Assembly: GCF_964194025.1 (NCBI RefSeq)
Contig: NC_134472.1
Location: 496,001 to 560,000, forward strand
From: Convolutriloba macropyga
Taxonomy: Eukaryota
Reading direction: 5' to 3'
DNA: 64,000 nucleotides
Within the stretch, counting starts at the first letter, position 1. Every line of letters starts with the position of its first letter. A program made the position numbers and the translations under genes. The notes below the pieces were generated by a model. The model was not told where the DNA came from. It was given only the letters and a program-made list of their open reading frames with translations, and made no database searches. Positions 1 to 13,050 of this stretch are shown here, in pieces.

Positions 1-3000
1 AGCGACGATTGGAGACTCGAGACCAATCAGTAAGCCTGCTAGCAGTCCCCAATTTTTGAAAGAGTTTTATATGGATTTGTTTATGATCACGTCGAATCAG
101 TTCATCGGAAATCCTTCATCCGAAATAGATCATCCGAATTAATTTGGTGTTGTGCTGAGTCTAACAAGTTCATCCAAAATAGTTTGGTGTTCAGTCTAAC
201 AAAAGCGCTATTATCTAACTTATTGACATCATGAAATCAATGCATCAAAATCGAAGCTCTCTTTTATATGCCATGTGTATAGTTTATAAACTAGTGTTCA
301 ATAAAGTTCCTTTTAACATTTTTTGATTCAGCTCACGCGTTTTGATTTATATTAACGTTTAAGTAATTTTTTGCTAAAACAATCTGTATGGTAGATGTCA
401 AGTAACTGGGATGAATACAAGATAAAACAGTTGTAACTCTTTTCAATGGGAATTTATGGCAGCAGGTTGATGCTTGTTTCCCTCGAAAAATAAAAAATCT
501 GTTGAAGAATAAAGACTCCTTTTTTAACACCTCACATAAAATGTGTTGCCGTAATATAAAGAACAGGGCTGCAAGCTGTTTTGCGAAAAAAACCGTTATA
601 TTAAAACAAGACGATGCTAAATGAAGAAAAATCGTATGTTAGCGATTCTGCTGAGTTGTACCAAGTTCGTTTTATAGATGGAGCTTGCACTTCATTAATC
701 GACTACTGTTTTTTTGCAGGAGCGCAAAGAGAAAATTTATCATTCTATGTACAACCAATGCCCCCTATTACCTATGGCCAGTGGTTTCTTGAATTGCTAA
801 ATAGTTTTTTCTGCTACAAGTTTCAATCGAAGTTATTGAAATGTCAATTGCTACGACTCAAAAAATCATGCAATACAATCCAATAACTTATATTTTCTTT
901 TACCTCGGATAACATTATGAGTGAATCTGGGAAGACTAAAACACTACTTACTAAGCCAATGACAATTTTCACGCAAAACATCTCAAATTGTTACCCGGGT
1001 CTATTGCAGGCACTTTATGCACAGTTTTTAGTTCAACAGTTTTAACGAAAATTGTCCTTAGTATTTGAAAAATTGCTTTGATCAAGCCTCTCCAAAATAA
1101 GGGTTTGAATGCAAAGATTGAAACTACAGACCAACCAGATTGCGTGCTAGGCTGTCCCTAATTTTTGGAATACTTTTATATGGAATTTTCTTAATTTAAT
1201 GTTTAATTATTAAATTCTTTTTTAATGATTTCATTATTTTATCAATCTGTTTGTCAGATGTCAACTAACAAAGTGAATAATATCTCCGTGTCTTTAAAAA
1301 ACGTGTTGAGAGGTGTTACTGCTGGGCCCGATTCACTGTTTGATTTTTTTAATTGAACTGTAATCCTTTTTATTGACTCTATACGTCGGATGTTTGCTGA
1401 TGACCTAAATCTTTTATTTAGTGCTCTCATCTTTTGTGATGACATGACGCGGTTTACAATTGGAACATAGCAAATGAAAACTGAAATAAAATGAACATTC
1501 AGTATAGAAAATTGTTCTCCAGCTCCGATACAGTCTCGTTCAAAAAGGCTCTGTTAAAAAATATTTTTGAATGCGAGACCTAAAACCTTATTATAATGAT
1601 AATGAAATTGATCAACAAGAAGATATGCAAGAAATCTTTTGGACACGGAGCTAAACTGCTTTGCAATGACTAAACCATCTGGCCCAACAAATTTTGTTCC
1701 TAATAATCCGAGAACTTCTCTTTTTCTTGGAACATGCTGCTCGACTTGGTTATGCAAGCATCCGCGGTTCTGACATTGTTTTAACTGAAAGCTGGTCATC
1801 TGCAGACAGAAAATACAGCAAGTAACATGCAGGCTTTCACTTTAAGATGCATAGAAGGAAATGCATAGTGACGTTCTTGCTATAAAGGAAAAACTGCCTT
1901 GTTATCAGTAGATCATCCGGATGTTTGCTCTGACTCTGATTTTGCTTGTTGTTTTTATCCTATAGACATCTTACAGCGCCGCAATAGTTATTGCTGTATT
2001 TTTATCTTCGTTTTATGGCTCTTACAATATTCCCGTGGATTTCCTATACAAAATTATTGAACATGCCGTCAAGCGGGAAAAAGTCAACTATCAATCTTCG
2101 TCAAGCGACATCTCATTGTGTGTAATGGGCCACATTAATCTATCAAATACGGAATTACAGAAAATGATTAGTCCAAACATAAGAAAAGAATCGTATTCTG
2201 ACTTTTTAGTACTTTGTTCTGAGCCGTCTTATCACGACGTCTAGCACATGAAAAGCAGGAATCATATAGAAAATGTTCTTGTTATCAACAATTTCAACGT
2301 GTTTTCAGCAGTAGTCCTAAAACTCTTTCTGTTAGTGAACAAAATACAAATCAAATTAATTTTTGATCAATGGAAGCAGTTTGCTAGATTAGTTTTACAA
2401 ATTCATGGATTTCATTGGCAGTGGTAATTGTAATTGTTTTCAATAGTAACTTAAAGAAGCAGGTTGATGCTTGTTTGTCCCGGAAAAAAGAAAACGGTTA
2501 AAGGGTAAGGAATCTTTTTTACTTTTACTACAGCTCTCATACAATCTATTATCTTAATATAAAGAGCAGAGTTGCATGTCAATTTGCGAAAAAAAATGGT
2601 CAAATTAAAACAAGATTCTGGTTAATGAAACAAAATCCGATTTTAGCGTCTCTGTTCAGCTGGACAAATAATGTTTTATAAACAGAACTTGCACTTGAAC
2701 AATCGACGACTGTTCATGTCTGGAACGTAAACAAAAACGTTTATCCTTGTCTTATGTACAACCATGACTCCCCTGTTACCTATGGCAAGCAGAGTTCTGA
2801 AACATTTGACGATTTTTTGCTACATGTTTTAGCCATGACTCCCCTGTTACCTATGGCCAGCAGAGTGTTCTGAAACATTTAACGATTTTTTGTTACATGT
2901 TTTAGCCGATTTTTTAAAATTTCATGTGTAACGATTCAAAAAATGCCCTTATACTAACCAATACATTACATATTTTCTCTCGGATTACATTATGAGTAAA

Positions 3001-4986
3001 AATGTGAAGGATGAAAGCTCAGTTTATTAAACAAATGAGTTTTTCCCGCAAAACTCCTCAAAACGTTACCTGGGTCAATTGCTGACATTTCATTCACAGT
3101 TTTTAGTTCGATTGTTTTCCTTCGTTGTTCCTTAGTTCTTTAAAATTTGTTTTTTATCAATCTTGTCCATAAAGAGGTCTCTAAAGCGACAATTTGAGAC
3201 TAGAGGCCAATCTGCATGCTTGCTAAGCTGTCCCCGGTTTTTAAAAGAGGTTTATATGGATTTGTTTATGATCAAGTCAAATCAGTTCATCGGAAATCCT
3301 TCATCCAAAATAGTTCATCCGAAATAGTTCTGTTTTGAGTCTAAAAAGTTCATTCGAAATAGTTCGATGTTCAGTCTAACAAAAGCGATATTATGAAATA
3401 GTGTTCAATGGGGTTCCTATTAACATTTTGTTGAGTAAGCTCACGCGTTTCGATTTGGATTAACGTTTATGTAATTTTTTGCCAAAACAATCTTTTTGAT
3501 AGATGTCAAGTAACTACAAGATGAAACAGTTGTAACTCTTTTCAATGGGAATTTATGGCAGCAGGTTGATGCTTGTTTCCCTCGAAAAATAAAAAATCTG
3601 TGAGAGAATAAAGACTCCTTTTTATAACACCTCACATACAATGTGTTAACTGAATATAAAGAACAGGGCTGCAAGCTGTTTTGCGAAAAAAACTGTCAAA
3701 TTAAAACAGGATGATGCTGAACGAAGAAAAATCTGATACTAGAGTTTCTGCTAAGCTGGACAAAGTTTGTTTTATAGATGGAGCTTGTACTTCAAAAATA
3801 GACACTTTTTATTTGTGAGGAGCGTGAACAAAAAAGTTTGCCCTTCTCTTATGTACAACCATGACTGAAGACTAAAAACTTTACTTGTAAAACCAATATC
3901 ACAAGTGCTCAAAAGTGCTCCCACATAGGTGCTCAAATTGTTACCTGGGTCTATTGCAGACATTCTGTGCACGGGTTTTTTTCAAAAAATTTACAAAAAA
4001 TTGTCCTTAGCATTCTGCAAGTTGCTTTTATCAAACCTCTCCATGATAATTTTTCTACAGCAAAGGTTGGAAGCTACGGACCAACCAGCTTGATTATTGA
4101 TCACGTCAAATGTGCCGTTCATCCGGAACAGTTCGCTGTTCAGTCAAACAAATGCTCTATTATACAATTGATTGACTTCTATATAATCAGTGCACCAAAA
4201 TCGAAACAATCACATATACGCCATATGTCTAGACTAGGAAAAAGTGTTATACTTTTTAACATGTTGCTGGGTAAGCTCACTGATTTGAATGTTGATGAAT
4301 GTTTATATATTTTTTTAGTTTTGTAGATTTGTTTTGAAGATGTCAAGTAACAAGGATGAATAATTTTTCCGTGTATTTGCAAAACTCGTTGATTAGTGTT
4401 TCACAATGGATACTGCTGGACCCGCCACACTATTTGATTTTTGTGAATAGATTGTCATTCGTTTTTCTGGACTCTATACAATGGATGTTTGCCGATGACC
4501 TAGAGCAACTATTCAGAGCTCTGGTTGTTTTAAATGATATTTCATGCGTTTTTTTAACTCTATAGCAAGGAGAATTACTATTTAGTGCTGTAATTTTTCA
4601 TAATGACTAGAATTGACGCTTTGTTTCAAGGACTTGAGGCTGTTTTGGAATATAGCAAATTGGGTGGTTGGAAACTGTAGTAAAACGGTATGTATGAACT
4701 TTTGTGGAAATTTTACAGCTGAATTTTCAAATCGCTTGAAAATCGATAATTTGCGAAATCGTTTTTTCTTTGGAGTAGTATTGTGCTCTGATTTGAAACC
4801 AACTAATCATGTCGAAGAAAAGTTCAAGAAAACATGTAAATGCTTTATTAGCCTGAAGAATGTCATTCCTTGTATTTCGGGCACTCCTTCCACTGTAAAG
4901 ATTGGCCTTTAAAAATCAATGATTATGTCCATCTGAAATTATGTTTTTCAAGTTTGCACACCTGACATTAGCAATTTAGAAAATTT
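1..4986 (+). mobile_element. Cluster of highly decayed non-LTR (CR1/L2-like) retrotransposon fragments in direct copies
   Basis: RT remnants MFADDL occur at ~1390 and ~4486, the latter preceded by a degenerate GVPQG-type motif (SVSQWILLDP, ~4395). An APE-like VMGHINL remnant lies at ~2121. 1-~720 is repeated at ~3185-3860 (offset ~3.19 kb) and a further partial copy starts at ~2457. Confidence 0.7.
2762..2905. repeat. Tandem duplication of a ~72-bp unit
   Basis: ccatgactcccctgttacctatggc...acatgttttag occurs head-to-tail at 2762-2832 and 2833-2905. Confidence 0.85.
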
Positions 4987-6300
4987 ACAAAACTTCAAAT
5001 GAAAACTCATAGAATCTTTGTACTTGAGATGAGTTACGGCAGGCTTTAAATAATACATAAAGCATTTCCTCTTTGCCATGAAGTTGAGCTACAATTATCA
5101 ACGTTGTTTTTCTAATGTTTGTTTTGTCACCGTCTCTACAATTACTTAATTTATTTGAAGTTTCTAACACACAGAGGAGAATCCAACTAATTTCTTTGAT
5201 TTCACAGGATTATTCAAGTCATGAAAACTCCTTTTTATACGTCCTGCGAAAATAAATAACTTTTTATATCAACACAGGTTAACTTTTCTAAATCGCTAAT
5301 GTCAGGCGTGCATTTTTGAAAAACATAATTTCAGATGTATATAATCATTGATTTGTGAAGGCAAAGTTTCACAGTGCAAGGAGTGCCCGAAATACAAGAA
5401 ATGACATTCTTCAGGCTATGAAAACATCTACTTGTTTTCTCCAACCTTTCTTCGACATGAATAGTTGGTTTCAAATCAGAGCGAATTACTACTCCAAAGA
5501 AATTACGATTGCGTTCATTATCGATTTCCAAGCAATTTGAAAATTCAGCTGTAGTATTTCTACAAATTTTTACACATACCGTTTTACTACAGTTACCAAC
5601 CACCCAACGTGCTAAGTTCCAAAATCGCCTCAATTTCTTGCAACACAGCGTCAATTCTTGTCATTACGAAAGATGAGAGCACTAAATAATAATTCTCTTT
5701 GGTATAGATTTAAAAAAAGCATGAAATGTCATTTACAACAATCAGAGTACTGAATAGTTATTCTAGGTCACCAGCAAACATCCATTGTATAGAGTCCCGA
5801 AAAATGAATGACAAGTCATTCACAAAAATCAAATAGTGAAGCGGACCCAGCAATAACCACTGTGGAAAACCAATCAACGCGTTTTGCAAATACATGGAGA
5901 AATTTGTGATCCTTGTTGCTTGACACTTAACAAATAGATTGTTTGGGGGAGAAAATTATTAAACATTAATCAAAATTGAAAACAGTGAGCTTACTCAGCA
6001 ATATGTTAAATGGAAATTTACTGAATATTTTTTCATAATCTAGACATATGGCGTATATGTGAGAGTTTCGATTTTGATGCAATGAATACAGGAAGTCGAT
6101 CAATTGTATAAAACGCTTTTGTTTGACTGAATGCGAACTGTTCCGGATGAACGTTACATTTGATGTGCTCAATAGAAGTAACACAAAACTCTTTCAAAAA
6201 TCTCTTTCAAATTTAGAACCCCTATAGTGGAGACGTTTGATAAAAGCAACTTTCAAAATTCTAAGTAAGATTTTTGTTGAAATCATCGAACTAAAAACTG
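3975..6300. repeat. Large imperfect inverted repeat of LINE RT sequence (arms ~3975-4986 and ~5281-6300, spacer ~295 bp)
   Basis: ORFs 4613..4912(+) and 5331..5654(-) translate to near-identical peptides. The reverse complement of 5281-5360 matches 4905-4986, and 6090-6175 matches 4097-4180. Confidence 0.85.
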
Positions 6301-6639
6301 TTCAAACTATTTTTTTAGCTAGAACATCACTACGTTTTCCGTTCTTTCTATCTTAACATAAAGCCTGCTTACGGCTTGCTTTAATTTCCGTTGTCGTTGT
6401 CCTGAGATGAGCAGTTTTCATTCAAAACAATATCAGAACCATGAATATTTGCATAATCAAGTAGAGCAGCTTGTTCCAATATACTGAGAAGTTCTCTGAT
6501 TATTAGGAATAAAATTTGTTGGGCCAGATGGTTTAGTCATTGCGAAGCATTTTGGCTCCGTGCCCTGAAGAGTTGTGCCACATGTTTCGATGACCAAATT
6601 CATTACCAATATTATATCGTTTTAGGTCGAATTAACCCC

Positions 6640-7580
6640 GCTGCTTCTTTGCTGTTAAAAAAATTGTGACTCAGAGGCGGTTATCTTTATCAAAGCCAAC
6701 AAGATACCGACGAGGAAGAATTATCTTTCTCGAGAACAATCTTGCATAAGCATGTGAAAAAGACAGAGGGTCATACCAGGACAAACCTTCTGTTACCCGC
6801 AACACCAACGCCATTTTCAAGCACTTGAAGAGTCTGAAGAAAACATCAAGCCTGTCACTAACGATGGAATACGGCAACGGAACCAGTCAAAACGATTTTG
6901 CGAAAAAAGCAGAAATATTAAGCGAATAATTCCATTCCGTTTCTTTGCCTAAAAAACCTTTCAAATTCCACAAAATTCCTGTTGGATACTCTACGCTAAC
7001 ATACTTTGACACATCCAAATCGAAAACTTGGACCGTTTTTTGGAACTTGATATTCGGAAAACAAGAAGATCAAATTGGTACACTCAAGCATTTTTGCCAA
7101 ATCTTGTTCAAGCATGATACATGCACTCCATGTGATGCTCAAGAACAATGAAGGATTACGAAAAACACTCACCTGCTGGAAAACTGCCGCGCTAAAACCA
7201 ATCCATAAGAAAGCAGAAAAGTTTTTCGTCAAAAACTATTGGCCTAGCTCACTATTATGCATTCACAGCAAAATAATTTAAAAATGTCTGTTTATTACCT
7301 TGTACAATCAATTCTCAAAATTTCTCACCACCCCTCAACACTGAATTGTTGGACAAAAATCCACAGTCACGAACATGTTGTCCGAGGATGTAATTTTTAG
7401 TGAAACATATCTCTTTGTGGATAATCACAATGTTCTTTCAATTAACAGCACTCCTGCCCGAATTCAGAGAGACTTGCTTTCCATCGAAAACTGGGTTAGC
7501 TGGAAAAAAACGGGGTTTGCTTTGGACAAATGTGCCGAAGTCACGCTCCGTGGTGATGATCACTCCTTCAATCTCTTCGG
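6640..7580 (+). mobile_element. Decayed LINE A (CR1-like ORF2), 5' part
   Basis: Remnants include AIFKHLKSL, KKAEILSE*FHSV, WKTAALKPIHKK..KNYWPSSLLCIHSKII (NYRPISLL-type) and LFVDN (FADD-type). The element is interrupted at ~7580 after DDHSFNLFG. Confidence 0.75.
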
Positions 7581-8321
7581 TGTTGTAGTGCCCATTATTG
7601 AATACAAAATTAGTGAAAACAAAATCCTATCGTTGGGACCTAGACACCATGTGAGAGACAAGTTTATTGAGGTGCACTTTCTTGCAGACGTAGACAAACT
7701 TGTACGTGAGTTACGCGAGAATAAAACTGAGGGTGAGAATATTTGTAAAATTAAGACGTCCGTAAAATGGTATGCAAAAAATGTACGCAAAACCCCAATG
7801 GATAGCTGTACGCGAAACCCCCATGCATAAAACTGCATGAGTACTTAAAATCCAATGATTTGTCGGCGGTACTGTTCAAAAAAGGCTTCGGTTTCATTGT
7901 GATCAAGAAGTCAACATGATGATGTGTTGAATTGGATCAGTTTCAAAAAATTAATGAAGTAAAAGATGAAATTGTGATTGAAAAGGAAAAACAGATCAAT
8001 AACAGCCTGCAACAATTAATGAAGCAAGGGAAAATTACTTTGAAAATTATTTAAAAACTCAGGTCAACAGGTTCACAACCAGCGAGGCTTTATGGCCTGG
8101 CAAAGGTACATTAAAAAGATACACCTCTCCGACTTGTAGCAGTTACGAAAGCTTAAACAGATTTCTGACACCATTTTTCCAGAAACTACTGGGCGCACAT
8201 ATTGTAACCAACACGCAAGAAACTAGAGAAGCCTTAGAGTCTTTCACTCTTGAAGAAGACGAGCAGGTAGTATCTCTCGACTTAAAAAGATTGCACACCA
8301 ACGTTCCGGTTGTAGAGGCTG

Positions 8322-9249
8322 TAGAAATTGCTCTAAGAGAACTCTATTCAAGCAACCTAGCTCCAGATATCCCAAGGCCCGCAATGAAATGTTTGTTGAA
8401 GCTTGCAATGACAAATGTTCGTTTTAAATGTAATGCGATCTCGTATGTACAATGAGAGGGTCTGTCTATGGGTGCATCACTGGCTGTAACACTAGCAAAC
8501 GTGTGGATGAAATCGTGTGAGGCTTCACTGCAAAACTAGAGCTCAGTGAAAATATCTCCAGATGCGACCAAAATAGGAACTCTAAAAACTGTAACCGAAG
8601 AGTGGTTTTCCGAGGAAGAGGAGTAGAATCTTAGTCATGCAAAAACTGGTTTCAAGCAAAATGCCACAAGACAACGACTGAAGAGTACGCCAAATGCAGG
8701 ATGTCGTTTTGATTTGTACTTATTGCAGTAATCAACAGACAGGGGTTTGGATTTTCTTGACATTAACATAAATGTGAGCAAAAAAATAATATCACATGTC
8801 ATTAGTATCAAAAACCAACTGACACTGGAATAATACTGATTACTGCAATAAGTACAAATCAAAACGACATCCTGCAGTTGGCGTACTCTTCAATCGTTGT
8901 CTTGTGGCATTTTGCTTGAAACCAGTTTTTGCATGACTCACATTCTACTCCTCTTCCTCGGAAAACCACTCTTCGGTTACAGTCTTTAGAGTTCCCGTTT
9001 TGGTCGCATCTGGAGATATTTTGACTGAGCTCTAGTTTTGCCATGAAGCCTCACACGATTTCATTCACACGTTTGCTAGTGTTACAGCCAGTGATGCACT
9101 CATAGACAGACCCTCTGATTGTACATACGAGATCGCTTTACATTTAAAACGAAGATTTGTCCTTGCAAGCTTCAACAAACATTTCATTGCGGACCTTGGA
9201 ATATCTGGAGCTAGGTTGCTTGAATCGAGTTCTCTTAGAGCAATTTCTA
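8322..9249. repeat. 413-bp inverted duplication (arms 8322-8734 and 8837-9249, 102-bp spacer)
   Basis: 8837-9249 is the reverse complement of 8322-8734 with only scattered substitutions. Confidence 0.92.
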
Positions 9250-11916
9250 AATGAATTAGCTTTCAATTTTGACTATGCTACCACTGAAAATAAGCAGATA
9301 ATTGTGACAGGCGATTTCAACATTGATTTTTCAAAAATGGGAGAACGAGAAAAACTGTGTACAGTAATTACACCTTATGGACTACATGTTCAGAATAACA
9401 AAGAACCAACAAAAACCTCCAACGACTCAAAATCTCAAACCTTAATTGATTATCTCATATGTGAACCCAGCTTATTCAAAAAAGTTTTGGCTTGTGATAC
9501 TAACCTAAAAAGTGATCATTTTGGTGTTTTAGGAATTTTTAACTGCTATGCAAAAACAAAACAACCCCGATTGATTAAATACATTCATGACAAGAGCAAC
9601 TATAAAAAATCAAGCTACCAAGAATCTGTGAGGGACTTAAATTGGTCACTTTTATATAACAACAGTTTTAACCCATCTCTAATGGTTGAAGTCTTGGATT
9701 ATATTCTAGCGCAAGTACTAAATCACCATGCACCTCTCAAAAAATGCTATATACGAAACAATAAAAATAGTTTTCAATTGGCGGATAAATGGCTAACTAG
9801 AAAAACTAAGTCTCTTAAAATTTCCAGAGACAAATTTTTAAACGACGAAAACTACGAAACATTTTTTAAACTAAAGCAAGATGTTTTAAAATCAGAAACA
9901 AATGATTTCAACAAATTTTACTCAGATCTGATTGAAGCTGCGGCCACGGACAGGCAAAAGTGGCAACTGATAAATGAAATAAGAAATCAGAGAAAAACGC
10001 AAACGGACATTAAATGTTTGAGAAACGTTTTCGGAGATTACATAACGGAGACTATGAAAATGGCTAACCTTCTTACTTTTCAATTTTCTCAACTTGGCCA
10101 ATTTAAAGGACCAAAATTTTACTGGGGCTTTAGTGAGAAAAACAGCCCTTCAAAACGAACATTCAGTTTCCGTTTTGTCACGGATAAGGAATGCCACGAC
10201 GCCTTACGTCATCTCAAGGTAAGTAAACCACAAGGCCCTTCATTGATACCAGCATGGGCACTTAAAGATGCAGCATCGGAACTTGTTCCACATCTGTCAT
10301 TCATAATAAATCAATCCGTCAAAGAACTCAGTTTTCCAAAATCTTTAAAGAAAGCCATTGTAATACCACTTTTCAAAAAAGGAGACACAGAGGATCCAGA
10401 TAACTATAGACCAATTTCACTCACACCATGTATATCAAAAATTTTTGAAACTCTTCTCAGAGACCAAATTGTAGATTACTTATGGAGTGAAAAGCTGATC
10501 ACCAAAACGCAATATGGATTTAGAAAAAGATTTTCAACCACAGATGCAATCACGTACTGTACTGAGTTTATACAATCAGAAACAGATAAAAATAAATATG
10601 TATCTGCTGCCCTACTCGATTTATCCAAGGCTTTTGACTCTATAAACCACAAAAATCTTGATGAAAAATTAGATATGTTAGGTTTTAATACATCGTCTAG
10701 GCTATTAATCAAAAATTTTCTGTCTGATCGCGAGCAGCAAGTAAAAATACAAAATCGGATCCAGTTGAACTCACAAGAGGAGTTCCTCAAGGAACGGTCC
10801 TTGGTCCACTGCTGTTTAATTTATACATAAATGACATGCGTGAATACCTTGACAACGAAACAGAGCTTATTAAACATGCAGATGACACAATAGTTCTCAC
10901 ATCCAAAACCTCAATCGAAGATGGCAAAAAAAATTAGAAATTGAAACACAAAAATTAGTTAACTTTTTCCAATCAAATGAGTTAAGTCTCAATGCCTCTA
11001 AAACAGAATTCATAGTCTTTAGCAAAACAAAACGAACTACCAATACACAAATGGTTGTTGACAATGTAGTCATTGATGAAAAAGAGGCGATCAAATACTT
11101 AGGCGTCCACATTGATAGATTATTAATTTTCCAAGAAGAAACAAAACACATACTAAATCAAATGGCTGCCGGTATTAAGACTATTTATGCAATAAGAAGA
11201 ACAAGTCCAGACAATATGAAAAAGCTCATTCTCAACGCATTTGTGTTGAGTCACTTACATTATTCAGCAACTATCATTCAGTCTATCAACCAAAATCTTG
11301 TTCTAACACTGGACAGACAACTTAATTGGGCAGTTAAAGCTAGCTTCTTTAGGAAAAAATTTGATTCATCTAGAGATCTGAAGCCAAAGCATAAATTTCT
11401 ACCTATGCATTATTTTTTGAAATTAAAGCAAATTAATTACATCTGGAAGATTAAAACTAACCAACTACCAGCATTTGATAAAAGCAGGGGCACTGAATTT
11501 AAAACCTGGAAAATTAACAAAAAGGAAAAAACTGGACTCGAGTACTGGGGCTATAAATTCAAGAGCTCAAAAATAGAAAATTCATACGTTAGAAAAGTTT
11601 TACAGGACTGGAATTCATTACCTTGTCTCTTAAGAAAAAACGAATATAAAAAAGTATCAAAAAACAAATCTTTAATCCTATTCTTGAGGAATTTAAAGGA
11701 GACCCTTGCATGCAGTTATCCGATTGTTTTTCTTGGAAACATGTAAGGTTTGAAAACTAACTTTTCTTGGGTTCCAATTCGATTAAATAAATTTTTTTTC
11801 AGTGATGACATTGCTATTATTATTATGGATACTTCGCACTGCCATTTTGTTTTGCGCAATCTACTTATTTGTTTTTGCAGAGCAATAATGGATTGAATTC
11901 AGTGTTCTTTTTTTTT
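9250..11916 (+). mobile_element. 5'-truncated LINE B (APE endonuclease + RT ORF2) with few disruptions, inserted in the Penelope element
   Basis: APE motifs are IIVTGDFNID, TLIDY and SDH. RT motifs are NYRPISLT, QYGFR, LLDLSKAFDSI, GVPQGTVLGPLLF (frameshifted, ~10778), HADD in place of YADD (~10875) and KYLGVHID. The element ends in a T-run at 11908-11916. TACTGA is duplicated at 8834-8839 and 11916-11921. Confidence 0.92.
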
Positions 11917-12968
11917 ACTGAACGTTCGCAGCTGTGCATCGCATCAGCATAAGAAAAATGTGATTCAAGGGACGATCCACAGGATGTTTAATGCAATCTC
12001 TAATTGGTTGGCCTTCGATCAGACTCTTGAAAAGAACAAAACTTGCTGAACCCAGAAAACAGTTTCCAGAAGAATGGTTTTCAAAAATAGTGAACCAGAC
12101 TTTAGAAAAGATAATAAGTGGCGGTAAAAACAAATTGAGAGCAACACCAAAAAAGCATGAAAAAGCAAGACTAAATCTCATGATAAACCAACTATATTTC
12201 TACAATACAGAGGCAACCTTACTCAAAACATTGCGGGCAAATTTAAGAACCTATGCGAATTGCAAATGGTTTTTATAACGCGGAAATTGAGATCATGCCT
12301 CCCCACCCCGAAATCACCTTTCGATGCAGACCTAAAACCCCACGTGGTATATAGGATTAAATGTAATGGATGCGGATCCATCTATATTGGGCAAACTAGC
12401 CGGCATGTTACCACAAGGATAAGGGAACATCAAAAGAAAGATTCACAGGTGGGTCAAAATCTGTTTGAATGTTTCGGCGCCACGAATGACATTGAATGGG
12501 AAAATTCTGGACGCCTAACGGAAAGTAGAAAAGCTGATGACTGTCGAAGCTATATACATCAGCAAGCCGAAACCGGCACTTAACACACGCGATGAATATA
12601 GGGGGCGGGAACTCACGCTAAAACAATAGTTCAAATCATAATTTTTACTAGATAAGGATACCTAGGGCAAAAAAATTTTGTGCACGACAAAACGAAATTT
12701 GCAAAACCTCCACAAGAGGGATACTTAGGTTTAGGGCATTTTCGAAATAGTCCTAAAAGTACAAAACATGGCCAAAAGTGAAAAATCCTGAATAGGAATG
12801 TTTTCAAAGAAATTGATAACAGATGTAAGTATGAGTTGTAAATAGGCTAAATATTGTATAGCTGAAAAATTTTCGATTGAATTTCTGAGAACAGTTGGGC
12901 AGAAATTTTATTTGTGTTCGCTGACAAATGTAGATACATATTCATTTTATCCTATAACATTTTGTGAG

Positions 12969-13040
12969 CCAGTTTTAACCTGACGATGAACGTAAAGTTC
13001 CAAAACGTTTGTTTAAAGTAATTGTAATCTGACAAACTGG
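12969..13040 (+). ncRNA. Degenerate minimal hammerhead-ribozyme-like motif in the Penelope 3' region
   Basis: CTGACGA (12980-12986) is followed by the stem gaac-gtaaa-gttc and then cAAAACGTT where canonical is cGAAACG. Flanking pairings are aac/gtt and ccagttt/aaactgg. Confidence 0.5.
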
Positions 13041-13050
13041 TTTCTTTTAC

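Larger units (their letters stand above)
7581..13050 (+). mobile_element. Penelope-like retroelement (RT + GIY-YIG), decayed and split by an insertion at 8840-11915
   Basis: RT motifs are STGSQPARLYGLAKVH (~8063), VSLDLKRLHTNVPV (~8269), MGASLAVTLANVWM (~8468) and FLDININV..YQKPTDTGII (~8754-8835), resuming as LNVRSC..HKKNVIQGTIHRMFNA at 11918. The GIY-YIG motif VVYRIKCNGCGSIYIGQTSRHVTTRIREH lies in ORF 12260..12583. Confidence 0.9.

Noticed and set aside
7375-7830. 151-aa ORF as a gene
   Set aside because: It is a chance read-through across the LINE A/Penelope junction at ~7580.
9157-9249. N-terminus of the 557-aa ORF as a genuine LINE start
   Set aside because: It is antisense Penelope sequence from the inverted duplication; LINE homology begins at ~9250.
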